A DNA stretch of 62,375 nt, filler included, from Caldilineae bacterium (lineage in GTDB: Bacteria > Chloroflexota > Anaerolineae > DTLA01), in the NCBI GenBank assembly GCA_037446815.1. It is 15 parts of 15 records of this genome, joined end to end, with 100 filler letters (N's around TTAATTAATTAA, not from the genome) between each part and the next. Parts side by side here need not be neighbours in the genome. Positions count along the whole stretch, not along the records: positions 1 to 4,505 come from JBBIHX010000207.1; positions 4,606 to 9,082 come from JBBIHX010000208.1; positions 9,183 to 13,555 come from JBBIHX010000210.1; 12 more parts are not named here. One strand, given 5' to 3'. The notes under the pieces were generated by a model that did no database searches, was not told the DNA's origin, and saw only the letters and a program-made list of their open reading frames with translations. Positions 1 through 9,264 of the stretch are shown here, piece after piece. Position 1 is the first letter of the stretch. Every line of letters starts with the position of its first letter. The position numbers and the translations under genes were made by a program.

Positions 1-12
1 TGCGCGCCCGTT

Positions 13-41
13 TTGACAGGCGCGCGTTCTTCCGGTATACT
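13..41 (+). promoter_or_regulatory. sigma70-type promoter of the MarR gene
   Basis: TTGACA (13-18), 17 bp spacer, TATACT (36-41). Confidence 0.75.
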
Positions 42-118
42 TAGCGTTGCAAAATAAATCGCGGGGCACGTTGCCGAGGCGGAGCGTGCTCGCAACGGCC
101 TTTTCGGGAGCGAATGGC

Positions 119-580
119 GTGGACGATTTGGATGTGGCGCGGTTTGAGGAAATGATCGCCCTTCTCGTGTGGCGGCAGCGCAGGCGGTTCGCACAGACGC
201 TGAGCGCGCTGGGCCTCACCATGCCGCAGTTCCTCACGCTCATGGTCATCCAGGCCCACGGCGGAAGCCTTCCCATCGGCTCCTTGGCCGAGGCGACAGA
301 GCAGTGCTCCGCAACCATGACCGGCATCGTGGACCGACTCGCCAGCACGGGCCTGGTGCGGCGGCAGCGCGACCCCAACGACCGCCGCTCGGTGCGGGTA
401 ACCCTGACCGCCGAAGGCGAGGCCCTCCTGGAGCGCGCAAGAGCCGAGCGGGTGGAGCGCACCCGCCAGTTGCTTGCGCACTTCACGCCCGAGGAGCGGG
501 CCGACATCATGCGCTATCTGGAGCGCTACCTGAACGTGCTGGCGGAAGAATCCGAAGAGCCTACCTCTGCCGCGATTTAG
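119..580 (+). CDS. MarR family transcriptional regulator
   Basis: GLTMPQFLTL...TMTGIVDRL..GLVRRQRDPNDRRSVRVTLTAEG winged-helix motif; GTG start at 119 after GGGAG preferred to ORF-track start 47. Confidence 0.9.
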   Translation: MDDLDVARFEEMIALLVWRQRRRFAQTLSALGLTMPQFLTLMVIQAHGGSLPIGSLAEATEQCSATMTGIVDRLASTGLVRRQRDPNDRRSVRVTLTAEGEALLERARAERVERTRQLLAHFTPEERADIMRYLERYLNVLAEESEEPTSAAI

Positions 581-1187
581 CGCGCCCCCCGTCGCCGAGC
601 AGGGCTTGCAGCAGCGGAAGCGCAGCGTGCGCGGCCCGCGCCCTGTGGGAAATGCGATTCTTGACCTCCGGCTCCAGTTCCGCCATGGTCTGCCCGCGTT
701 CCAGGACGTAGACGATCGGGTCGTAGCCGAATCCGTGGCGTCCCCGAGGATGCGTTGTGATGAGGCCCTCGCATGTGCCTTCCGTGGTGAGCAGCACCCC
801 ATCCGGCGCGGCGATGGCGATGGCGCAGCGGAATCGCGCCGTGCGGCCCTCCGGCGGAATCTCGCCGAGCCGCCACAGCAGGAGTTCGTAGCGCTCACGG
901 TCGGAGCGGCCCGGGCCCGAGTACCGCGCGGATCGGATGCCCGGGTCTCCGCCCAGCGCGTCCACCTCTAGGCCGGAATCATCGGCGAGGGTGAGTTCGC
1001 CAGTCAACCGCGCGAAGAACAGCGCCTTGAGGCGGGCGTTCTCGGCGAAGCCCACGTGTTCCTCTTCGGGCTCGGCCCGCACGCCCAGGTCGGCCAGGCT
1101 GACGAGCGCGATGGGCAACCCCGCGAGGAGTTCCTCGTACTCCCGCAGTTTGCCGCGGTTGTGCGTTGCGACCACGAGTGTGCGCAT
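561..1187 (-). CDS. rdgB: RdgB/HAM1 non-canonical purine NTP pyrophosphatase
   Basis: VATHNRGKLRE, LADDSGLEVDALGGDPGIRSARY, GFGYDP, KNRISHRARA. Confidence 0.95.
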   Translation of the reverse strand: MRTLVVATHNRGKLREYEELLAGLPIALVSLADLGVRAEPEEEHVGFAENARLKALFFARLTGELTLADDSGLEVDALGGDPGIRSARYSGPGRSDRERYELLLWRLGEIPPEGRTARFRCAIAIAAPDGVLLTTEGTCEGLITTHPRGRHGFGYDPIVYVLERGQTMAELEPEVKNRISHRARAAHAALPLLQALLGDGGRAKSRQR

Positions 1188-1214
1188 CGTCTGCTCCCTC
1201 GCCGTGGCAGGGGG

Positions 1215-1490
1215 CTACCTCACCCGCCGAATCTCAAAGACCACGGGGTTCTCGGCGTCGGGGCACGCGTGGGTTGCCACGTCTTTGTCCTCAAGCCAGG
1301 GGAAGGTCGCGCCGTACATCATCGCGAAGACCTTCGGCATGAGCGAATAGAGCGCGTGGAAGCAGATGTCGCCGTGGACGCCCGACTTGTCCATGACGAT
1401 CTCATCGCCCACCTTGTGGCCCATGGCGCAGTGTCCTTCCTGGCGGATCACCGTGCAGATGATGCGGTAGGCCCTGGACTCATCCTCCAT
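1215..1490 (-). CDS. TIGR04076-like small Cys-containing protein
   Basis: GHCAMGHKVGD...ICFHALYSL...ACPDAENPVVFEI; ATG 1490 after AGGAGG. Confidence 0.75.
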   Translation of the reverse strand: MEDESRAYRIICTVIRQEGHCAMGHKVGDEIVMDKSGVHGDICFHALYSLMPKVFAMMYGATFPWLEDKDVATHACPDAENPVVFEIRRVR

Positions 1491-1523
1491 CTCGTTCCCT
1501 CCTGACAACTCACGTGCTGCAAC

Positions 1524-2357
1524 CTATGCATGGGGCAGGCGCATGAAGAACATGAACCGCCCCGCGTTGGCCGCCCGCACGGGCCGCCCCGCGAGTTCGG
1601 TCTCCTGGAACAGCGATTCGTCCAGGGCCAGGGCCGCCGCGGCCAGCTCTTCTGCCGCCGACAGCACGAGCGGGGACGCCCCGTGTCCCGGCAGAAGCAG
1701 ATCCACATCGGGCGACATCTCGGCCAGCAGGCGCAGCGTGGCCTGATACTCGGCCAGGCTTACGCCCTCGCCGATGCCCTGAAGCGGGCGGTCGGTGATG
1801 GTGTCCCCGACGAATAGAAGGCGGTTCCCCTCATCCAGTAGGCAAATGCTGCCGGCAGTGTGGCCGGGCGTGGGCAGAATCTCCAGCGTCCGCCCGCCCA
1901 GGTCTATCGTCTCGCCGCCGGCCAGGCGGTGTGTCGGCTCAGGCACCTGCGGGGCGTAGCACCTCAGGTCAAACCCGTCCGGCCAGGGAACGGGGAAATC
2001 CTCCGGCGTGGCCAGTTCGCGGAATCGGCGGGCCGTGTCCGCGACCTCTGCCAGCGACTCACGCTGGTGCACGAATGCGGTGTCAAAATGCGCGTTGCCG
2101 CCGACATGATCCAGGTGCGCGTGGGTGTTGACGACCAGGATGGGCGAATCCGTCAGCCCCCGCACCACCTCGCCGATGTCGCCGATGCCGAAGCCGGAGT
2201 CCACCAACATGGCCCAGTTCTCGCCCTGAACAAGATAGGCGTGTACCCTGCCGCCTTCGGTGATGCGGTGCACGCCTGGCGCGACGGGTGCTGTCTCAAA
2301 CCACACGGGATTGCCTCCTCCATGCACAGGGTGAATCGTGAATTTGCGCGGCGGCAT
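1524..2357 (-). CDS. metallo-beta-lactamase fold hydrolase
   Basis: THAHLDHVGG (HxHxDH), PGHTAGS, LFVGD, LLPGHG. Confidence 0.9.
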   Translation of the reverse strand: MPPRKFTIHPVHGGGNPVWFETAPVAPGVHRITEGGRVHAYLVQGENWAMLVDSGFGIGDIGEVVRGLTDSPILVVNTHAHLDHVGGNAHFDTAFVHQRESLAEVADTARRFRELATPEDFPVPWPDGFDLRCYAPQVPEPTHRLAGGETIDLGGRTLEILPTPGHTAGSICLLDEGNRLLFVGDTITDRPLQGIGEGVSLAEYQATLRLLAEMSPDVDLLLPGHGASPLVLSAAEELAAAALALDESLFQETELAGRPVRAANAGRFMFFMRLPHA

Positions 2358-3874
2358 CAGTAGAGCACGCGGAGCACATAGGGCGCGTTGGGATGCGCGT
2401 CGCTGAAGGGATAGATCAAGATATAGTATTCGGTGGCGATGGGCGCGTTGAAGTAGATATACTCATCCACGCCGTTGCCATAGCGATCCGACTTGGCGAT
2501 GTACTGATTCCCGCCGCTGGCCCCTGCCAGGAATAGGTAGATATCGTAGTCCCCGCTGGGCGGCACGTCCAGGGTGATGTCTATCGGCCCCGGAGCCGCC
2601 TTGACCAGGTAGAACCAATCGTAGTCCGTCATGCTGGCCAAGAACCCGACGTACCTCTGGCCGGAGACTATCGGCCCGAAGGCCTGCACTTGGAAGTTGT
2701 TGGGCTCGTGCTCATCGGTGCGCGAGCAGGCGATGGCGGGCAACCGCAGGCGGCCTGCCGGCGCGGGGGTGCTGCTGGGGGTAGGCGTGGGCGACGGGCC
2801 AGGCGTGGGCGTATCGGTGGGCGTGGGCGACGGCCCGGGCGTGAACGTGGGCGTGGCCGTCGGCGTGTCGGTCGCCGTCGGGGTCGGCGTGGCCGTCGGC
2901 GTCGCGGACGGCGTGGGGCTTGGTGTGGGCGACGGCCCGGGCGTGAACGTGGACGTCGGGGTCGTGGTGCGCGTCGCCGTGGCGGTGGTCGTGTTCGTGC
3001 GCGTCGGGGTCGGCGTGGCGGTCGGCGTGGCGGTGGGCGTGGGCGTGGGCGTAGGCGTAGGAGTTTGCGTCGGGCAGCACTTAAATATAATAGTAGGGGT
3101 GGCTGTGGCGGTCGCCGTGCGCGAAGCGGTAGGCGTGTTCGTTCGCGTTGCTGTCGCCGTGGGGCTGGCCGTGGACGTGCGGGTGGGCGTCTGCGTGCCG
3201 GTGGCTGTGGCGGTTGGCGTGCGCGACGCCGTTGGGGTCGCGGTGCGGGTGGCCGTCGCGGTGGCCGTGTTCGTGGGCGTGCGCGTCGGCGTGGGTGTTG
3301 GCGTGCGTGTCCGGGTGGATGTGGGCGTGAAGGTCGCGGACGCTCCCGAGACGATGATCTCGCCGTCGCGAATCTGCGCGGGGATGTATTCACCGAAGTT
3401 GTTGAGCAGTTGTACCCTGCTGAGAATCACGTCCGACCGGCCGGGCGAAGTGGCGGAAAAGGTGATGAGTACCATGTCATCGCTGCCGGAGAACGGCGAG
3501 CCGAGCAGGGTCGCCTCAAAGGTGATGACGCCCGTCGCATTGTCCGCGGCGTTCACGACAATCCACGACGCTGCCCCCCAAAGCGCCCCGGGCTCCACTT
3601 GCACGCCCGGCTTGCCGGAGTCGGCATCCACGACCTGGATTCTCGCGGGGTCAAACTGCACCGTGATTGCCGCGCCCTGCAGGTTGCTGACATCCTCAAC
3701 CCACACCCGAGCCACGGCGGTTTGCCCAGGGGCGATGGTCTGCGTGTCGGGCAGGATCATGACCATCGGCTGTTGGGCATCGGGTTCCCGCGCCGCGACG
3801 ATCCCCACGGCCACGCCCAGCGCGAGGATGCAAAACAGCGTTGCTGCCCCAGCGATAACCCAGCGTTTGGCCAC
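2357..3874 (-). CDS. secreted surface protein: cohesin-like domain, long Pro/Thr linker, C-terminal PPC-like domain
   Basis: N-terminal signal/TM; cohesin-like ([15 protein letters not shown]); ~190 aa TP repeats; DEHEPNN...DYDWFY...DYDIYLF. Confidence 0.8.
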   Translation of the reverse strand: MAKRWVIAGAATLFCILALGVAVGIVAAREPDAQQPMVMILPDTQTIAPGQTAVARVWVEDVSNLQGAAITVQFDPARIQVVDADSGKPGVQVEPGALWGAASWIVVNAADNATGVITFEATLLGSPFSGSDDMVLITFSATSPGRSDVILSRVQLLNNFGEYIPAQIRDGEIIVSGASATFTPTSTRTRTPTPTPTRTPTNTATATATRTATPTASRTPTATATGTQTPTRTSTASPTATATRTNTPTASRTATATATPTIIFKCCPTQTPTPTPTPTPTATPTATPTPTRTNTTTATATRTTTPTSTFTPGPSPTPSPTPSATPTATPTPTATDTPTATPTFTPGPSPTPTDTPTPGPSPTPTPSSTPAPAGRLRLPAIACSRTDEHEPNNFQVQAFGPIVSGQRYVGFLASMTDYDWFYLVKAAPGPIDITLDVPPSGDYDIYLFLAGASGGNQYIAKSDRYGNGVDEYIYFNAPIATEYYILIYPFSDAHPNAPYVLRVLY

Positions 3875-3930
3875 TTCTCCGCCTCCTTGCCCAATCTAAC
3901 GCGCGGGCGCCGCGCGGGGTACGAGGGATC

Positions 3931-4275
3931 CTAGGCAACGGGCGGAGCGAAGATCGCCAGAATCTCCACCGTCTCCGCGCCCGTGTTCTCCAGGCGGTGC
4001 TCAAGCCCCGGGGGCGCGTAGAAGCATGCCCCGGGGCCGAACGCGACGGGCGTATCGCCCAGGTAGCAGGTGCCCGTGCCCCGCAGGATGTAGAACGTCT
4101 CGGACGAGTTCGCGTGAACATGGGGCGGGATTTGCTTGCCCACGTCCACGCGGACGCGGCTCACGTTGAGCGCGGGGTTGACCGCGCCCGGCACCAGCAC
4201 CTTCATGACCAGCCCCTCGTACCGAGGGTGGGGCCCCCAGGGGATGTCGTTCTCGTTCACGGCGTTGCCCGTCAT
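3931..4275 (-). CDS. cupin domain protein
   Basis: PPHVHANSSETFYILRG and PPGLEHRLENTG cupin motifs. Confidence 0.9.
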   Translation of the reverse strand: MTGNAVNENDIPWGPHPRYEGLVMKVLVPGAVNPALNVSRVRVDVGKQIPPHVHANSSETFYILRGTGTCYLGDTPVAFGPGACFYAPPGLEHRLENTGAETVEILAIFAPPVA

Positions 4276-4304
4276 AGGATGTCCTCCGCCAGACCGTTTG
4301 GCGC

Positions 4305-4333
4305 ATTATAGAACGCGGCTGTACGCCTGTCAA
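4305..4333 (-). promoter_or_regulatory. consensus sigma70 promoter upstream of the cupin gene
   Basis: minus strand TTGACA-17 bp-TATAAT. Confidence 0.8.
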
Positions 4334-4403
4334 TCGGCGCCGCTCCCTCGCCCGGCGGGCTTAGCGTTACCCATAAGTCGCCTGCCGGGTGAAAGTGAGT
4401 AGA

Positions 4404-4505
4404 AACTCGAGTTTAGACAAAATTGGGGGCGGTTCTGCACTTGAGCAAAACCGCCCTTTGGTAGAAACTTGGGGTTGTGAACACTCAAGCGTCTACCAAA
4501 AAGAA
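4404..4505. mobile_element. possible insertion-sequence end truncated by the contig break
   Basis: AT-richer segment with two hairpins (4427-4456, 4457-4500) running into the contig end; no transposase visible. Confidence 0.35.
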
Positions 4506-4605
4506 NNNNNNNNNNNNNNNNNNNNNNNNNNNNNNNNNNNNNNNNNNNNTTAATTAATTAANNNNNNNNNNNNNNNNNNNNNNNNNNNNNNNNNNNNNNN
4601 NNNNN
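4506..4605. other. artificial contig linker; the same linker is at 9083-9182, 13556-13655, 17994-18093, 22309-22408, 26606-26705, 30737-30836, 34766-34865, 38784-38883, 42770-42869, 46734-46833, 50665-50764, 54582-54681, 58491-58590
   Basis: identical 100-nt N-TTAATTAATTAA-N blocks with stops in all six frames; fragment lengths fall monotonically. Confidence 0.98.
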
Positions 4606-4746
4606 CCGAGGCGCGAAGCGCCGAGGAATCTCGCCTTCCCCCTGTCCGCCCAATCCGCGCTGTCCGCGGATACCGCTGCGATTCGCCCTTATCAACGCCG
4701 CACGCGGGTAGTATACGTGGCGCGATAGCCCTACAGGAGGTGTGCC

Positions 4747-5910
4747 ATGCGCCTGCCCTTCCGCATCGTCCGCGTGCGCGAGGCCGAAGCCGACGAGGAA
4801 GATGCGCCGCTGTTCCGCGCCATCGGCCCGTGGCCGTCGGACAAGGACCTTTCGCCCGCCACGTACCAGGAACTCCACGCCGCGGCCTACGAGGCGTACA
4901 CGGGGAATCCCCTCGCTTTCCGCATCATAGAGATTCTCACCGCGTACCTGTGGGGGCGCGGGCCGACGATTACCGCCCCCGACCCCGCCGTCCAGGCGGC
5001 GCTGGATCGGTTCTGGGCTGCCAACGACATGAACCGCAAGGGCCGCGCCATCGTCCGCGAACTCCACCTGTACGGCGAGCAGTTCATCCGCTGGCTGCCC
5101 GACGGCACCATCTGGCAGATGGACCCGTCCACCATAGACGAACTCCAGACGGACCCCGCCAACGCGCAGGTGGTGGTGCGGGTCCACCGGATGGCCCCCG
5201 AAGGCGCGGCAGGCGCATGGTACGCCGTCCCCGACGAGGTGCAGCACTTCGCCATCCACAAGGTGTCCAACGCGCTACGGGGGCGCTCCACGTTGTGGGT
5301 GCTCCTGCCGTGGCTGCGGCGGTATCGCCAGTGGTTGGCCGACAGGGTCATGTTGAACCGCGGGCGGTCCTCGTGGTTGTGGACGGTGGCGGTGCGCAGC
5401 GCCACGCCCCAGAAGTTGCGCGCGAAGGCCAACCAGTACGCTCAGGCGCCGGAGCCTGGCTCGGTGCTATTCCACGCCGATGACGAAGAATGGCGGGCCG
5501 CCGCGCCCAATCTCCAGGCGGACGATGCCCGCTGGGACGGCCACGCCATCAAACTCATGATCGCGGCGGGCGCAGGCATCCCCATCCACTGGCTGAGCGA
5601 GGTGGAGAGCGGCACGCGGGCCGTGGCCGCGGAGATGGGCGGGCCGTCGCTGCGCACCTTTGAGGCCATGCGCGAAGAGGTGGCCGCGCTCCTGCGGGAC
5701 GTGCTGGACCAGGCGCTGCGACGGCGGCTCGGACGGACGGCGCCGTACACCATCACATTCCCCGACCTCACACCCTCGGACAATCGCGAACAAGCCGCGG
5801 CCCTCGCGGCGCTGGTGCCTGCGCTGGCTGCCTCGGTGGATCGCGGGTGGCTGGACGACGCGACAGCTCGTCGGTGGCTGTTCAAGTTCGCAGGCGAAAA
5901 GGATGAGTAG
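4747..5910 (+). CDS. phage portal-like protein
   Basis: 387 aa; AYTGNPLAFRIIE, RELHLYGEQFI, LRGRSTL, IAAGAGIPIHWL, YTITFPDL, GWLDDATARR resemble portal motifs; RBS AGGAGGT. Confidence 0.75.
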   Translation: MRLPFRIVRVREAEADEEDAPLFRAIGPWPSDKDLSPATYQELHAAAYEAYTGNPLAFRIIEILTAYLWGRGPTITAPDPAVQAALDRFWAANDMNRKGRAIVRELHLYGEQFIRWLPDGTIWQMDPSTIDELQTDPANAQVVVRVHRMAPEGAAGAWYAVPDEVQHFAIHKVSNALRGRSTLWVLLPWLRRYRQWLADRVMLNRGRSSWLWTVAVRSATPQKLRAKANQYAQAPEPGSVLFHADDEEWRAAAPNLQADDARWDGHAIKLMIAAGAGIPIHWLSEVESGTRAVAAEMGGPSLRTFEAMREEVAALLRDVLDQALRRRLGRTAPYTITFPDLTPSDNREQAAALAALVPALAASVDRGWLDDATARRWLFKFAGEKDE

Positions 5911-5965
5911 CGCGGAGGGCGGTTCGGCGGCGCCGACGGGCCGTGGGGCCCCTGGTGTGGCGCGG

Positions 5966-7657
5966 CTAGCCGCCCAGGATGCCGTAGTGGAGCAGAAGCC
6001 ATAGGGTGCACAAGCCCAGCGTGATGGCGGTTACGGGCAGCCCCCTCTTCAGCCAGTCCCCGTACCGAACGGGATAGCCGGCGCGCTCGGAGATGCCTGC
6101 CATCACCAGGTTGGGCGAGGCCCCGATGAGCGTTACGTTGCCCCCAAAGTCCGACCCCACGGCCAGGGCGAAGAAGAGCATCTTCTTGCTGGCCCCCGGC
6201 ACCCGCCCCGTGAGAAAGTCCACCACAGGCAGCATCGCGGCGGTGAAGGGGATGTTGTCAATCACGCCCGAAAGCACGGCGCTGAGCCAGATGAGCGTTA
6301 GCATCGTGAGGAGCAGACTGTGCCCCACCAGTTTCCCGATCTGGTCTGCAATCATGCTCACAAGGCCGACCTCTTGGATGCCCCCAACTACGATGAACAG
6401 CGTGATGAAGAAGATGAGCGTCGTCCAATCCACCGACTCAATCATCTCCTCCACGTTTGGGCGCGTCCAGACGACGAGAATGGTGGCCCCCACGAGCGCG
6501 GTTACCGCAGGCACCAGGTACAGCCGCTCGCCCAGGAGGAACAGGGTCAGCATAAACAGTCCAACCCATCCCGCCTTCTTGAGGTCGTCGGGTTCGGTAA
6601 TCTTCGCGTTGTCCTCTAGCCGTCGCACTAGGGCGGGCGAAACCCTTGCCGCCGTGCGGGTCAACTCCCTCGCGTACAGGATCTCAAAGAACACGACGAG
6701 CCCAACCAACGCCAGGAGCACGCCGGGCGTCAGGTTCACCAGAAAGGCGCGGAACGAGATGTCGGCGAAAGACCCCACCAGGATGTTGGTGGGCGTCCCG
6801 ATGAGGGTGCTGGTTCCTGCCACGTTTGCTGCCATCACCTCGGGCACCAGCAGGGCCAGCGGGTTGATGCCCAGCGCCAGCGCGATTTGAACGGTGAACG
6901 GTGCCATCAGCAGCACCGTCGTAACGTTGTCCAAGAACGCCGAGAACACGCTGGTGATGACCAGCAGAATGGGCATCAGCAGCCAGCCTCTCCCTCCGGA
7001 GATGCGGTAGGCGAAGAAGGCGAGCCACTGGAAGATGCCCGTCCGTTCCACAACGGCGATGTGAATCATCATACCCATGATGAGAAAAACCACGTCCCAA
7101 TCCACGTAGCGGAGCGCGGTCTCAAAGTCAAAGATGAACAGGGCAGGGCTGATGAGTCGGCCGAGGTAACTGACGCCCAGCAGGATCGCCGTGCCCGCAA
7201 GCGCGGCCAGCGTGTTGTGCAATTGCTCGGTCGCGATGATGACGATGGTCAGCGCGAAGGTGGCCGTCGCCAGCCAGAAGCCGATGCCGATGCGCCGCTC
7301 CAATTGGATAGATGGTAGAGAAAGGGTCTCGCCCCGCTCCAGGGAGGCAACCTGCTCGTCGGACAGCGGGATGTCCTGCGGGGCGAAGTGGGCGCGCTGC
7401 ACGTGTACGGTCAAGTGCGTCCCCAGCGACGACGGCACCAGGAGCGAATACAAGCCGTCGGGTTCTGTCGTGGTCTCTGCGACGGCCGTGGTGCTCGCGC
7501 CCTCCACGAGGGAGACGGTGGCGCCCTCTACCGGCTCGCCGTGGCTGTCCAGCACTTAGCCGGTGATGACGGTGGGGCACGCGGTCGTCTGGGCGTGCGT
7601 GGCGCGCAGGGGCAGCGCCTTGCCTACAAGCCACGCGGCGGCAAGCGCCACCAGCAC
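5966..7657 (-). pseudogene. SLC13/ArsB-NhaD family permease with N-terminal carboxypeptidase-regulatory-like domain, interrupted by an in-frame TAA at 7556-7558
   Basis: SAFLDNVTT, AGTSTLIGTPTNI, SGVIDNIPF, GGNVTLIGASPN; ORFs 7556-7744 and 5966-7555 are in the same frame across a single stop (ITG*VLDSHGEPVEGATV). Confidence 0.7.
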
Positions 7658-7715
7658 GATCGCTCCCTCCGCACTGGTGCTCCCGAAGACCGTCGCCGGT
7701 CGGACGGGGCAGGCT

Positions 7716-7744
7716 ATTGTACCGCACGGCCGGATGGGGGTCAA
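7716..7744 (-). promoter_or_regulatory. sigma70-type promoter of the permease
   Basis: minus strand TTGACC-17 bp-TACAAT. Confidence 0.65.
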
Positions 7745-7949
7745 GGCGGCGTGGTTCCGTTGCCGAAGTCGCCGTTGCAGGCAAAGCCGCTCCTAGGCTG
7801 CGCGGAGAGTGCGGCGGCGCCGATCGCGGGTAACACGGCGCAACACAATCCAGGGGCGGGGCGCGGAGACATGCCCACAGAGGGCAACGCCACCCCGCCC
7901 CCGCGGTTTAGGTCGGTGCCTCGCGCCGACCGGCGGTTCTACAACCCGC

Positions 7950-8402
7950 CTAGTCGGGCAGTTTCAGTTCCTGTCCTGGGTGAATCAGGTTGGGGTTGTC
8001 GCCGATGAGGGCCTTGTTGAGTTCGTAAATCTCGGGCCAGCGTTTGGCGTCGCCCAGCAGTTCCTTGGCGATTTTGGACAGGGAATCGCCGGGCTTCACG
8101 ACGTAGGTTTTCGGTTTGGCCTGCTCAACGGCCTGACGCATGGCGGCGGCCATGGCCTCGCCGCGCTGGCGAATCTTCTCGGCCTCGGCTGCGGCTTCGG
8201 CTTCCAGCGCGGCTTTACGCTTGGCGGCCTCTTCCTCGGCGCGTTTCTGGGCCTCCTCAATCATGCGCTGCTTCTCGGCCAGTTCTTCGCGCCGTTTGCG
8301 GGCAGCCTCCTCGGCGGCAGCCTTTCGCGCGGCTTCTTCCGCTTGCTTTGCCTTCTCCTCTTCTTCCCTCTTTCTTCCGAGAATCTTGTCTACCAGACCC
8401 AT
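7950..8402 (-). CDS. LysM domain protein with charged coiled-coil N-terminus
   Basis: YVVKPGDSLSKIAK...RWPEIYELNK..IGDNPNLIHPGQELKLP; RBS GGAGG. Confidence 0.9.
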   Translation of the reverse strand: MGLVDKILGRKREEEEKAKQAEEAARKAAAEEAARKRREELAEKQRMIEEAQKRAEEEAAKRKAALEAEAAAEAEKIRQRGEAMAAAMRQAVEQAKPKTYVVKPGDSLSKIAKELLGDAKRWPEIYELNKALIGDNPNLIHPGQELKLPD

Positions 8403-8502
8403 GGCACACCTCCAGTTTTTTGTGTATGCTCAAGGGCGCGCGGGGAGATACCCGGGCACCCCCGCACGGCTTCGCGGCGGGGGTATCCCGTGCGCCCCGA
8501 AC

Positions 8503-8685
8503 TTATAGCCCTTTGAGCGCGGTGGATAGAACGAGCAGAACCAACCCGATAACCACAACCCAGAATCCGACGATGGACAGCACGTTCATCGCCATCGCAA
8601 GCGACAGGATCTCCAGCACGATGCCCACGGCGCCCAGTGCCACGGAAAGCCACCAGATGCTCTTCTTTGGCGGGGTCAATCTCAT
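8503..8685 (-). CDS. small two-TM membrane protein
   Basis: 60 aa, two hydrophobic segments, RBS GAGGAGG. Confidence 0.75.
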   Translation of the reverse strand: MRLTPPKKSIWWLSVALGAVGIVLEILSLAMAMNVLSIVGFWVVVIGLVLLVLSTALKGL

Positions 8686-8774
8686 CTTCGTACCTCCTCG
8701 CTGTTATCAAGTTTTCGGACCGACGACGTAGTCATCCGCCAGGGCCTGCACGCGAGTAACGGCGTTCTCAGGGA

Positions 8775-9082
8775 CTATTCCTCGGGCGGTTGCCGCTTCT
8801 TCGGCGGCGCTTTCTTCGCCGTCTTCGCCGTGGTCTTCGCAGGCGCGGGTTTGGGGCGCGCCGCCGGCTTGGATGGCGCGGGCTCGGGCTGCGGCTGGGC
8901 GGCCGCCGTCGTGCCCAATGTGCTCCCCAGGGTCAGGAAGACCTCGCGCAGGCTGTTCAGCGCCGTATCCTCGTCCAGCCCCACCTGCTGGGCGAGCTCC
9001 GCATGGAGGCCGGTGGACTGCAGGTATTGGGCGCTGAGGCGGCGCGGGTTGCCACTAAGCATCCGACCCAGGAGATCGCCCA
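8775..9082 (-). CDS. hypothetical protein, 3' fragment with Lys/Ala/Pro-rich tail
   Basis: frame open from the contig edge; AKTTAKTAKKAPPKK tail. Confidence 0.55.
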
Positions 9083-9264
9083 NNNNNNNNNNNNNNNNNN
9101 NNNNNNNNNNNNNNNNNNNNNNNNNNTTAATTAATTAANNNNNNNNNNNNNNNNNNNNNNNNNNNNNNNNNNNNNNNNNNNNACGTAAGACGGAACCGAG
9201 GCCGAGCGTAACTCTCGGCGCGTCTGGGCGTTTTGGAATCGGGCAGGGGAAGAAGAGGTATCCT

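Noticed and set aside
561..1187. rdgB and nfi as a linked inosine-repair cluster
   Set aside because: They are on different contigs; co-occurrence reflects size sorting.
2631..3934. Long plus-strand ORFs rich in VGVG or GR
   Set aside because: Antisense shadows of the Thr/Pro-rich gene.
4550..4561. Recurrent TTAATTAATTAA within N runs
   Set aside because: Artificial six-frame-stop linker; not biological, and no synteny is inferred across it.
7556..7558. Selenocysteine or pyrrolysine recoding
   Set aside because: The codon is TAA, not TGA or TAG, and TAA ends other genes in the window.
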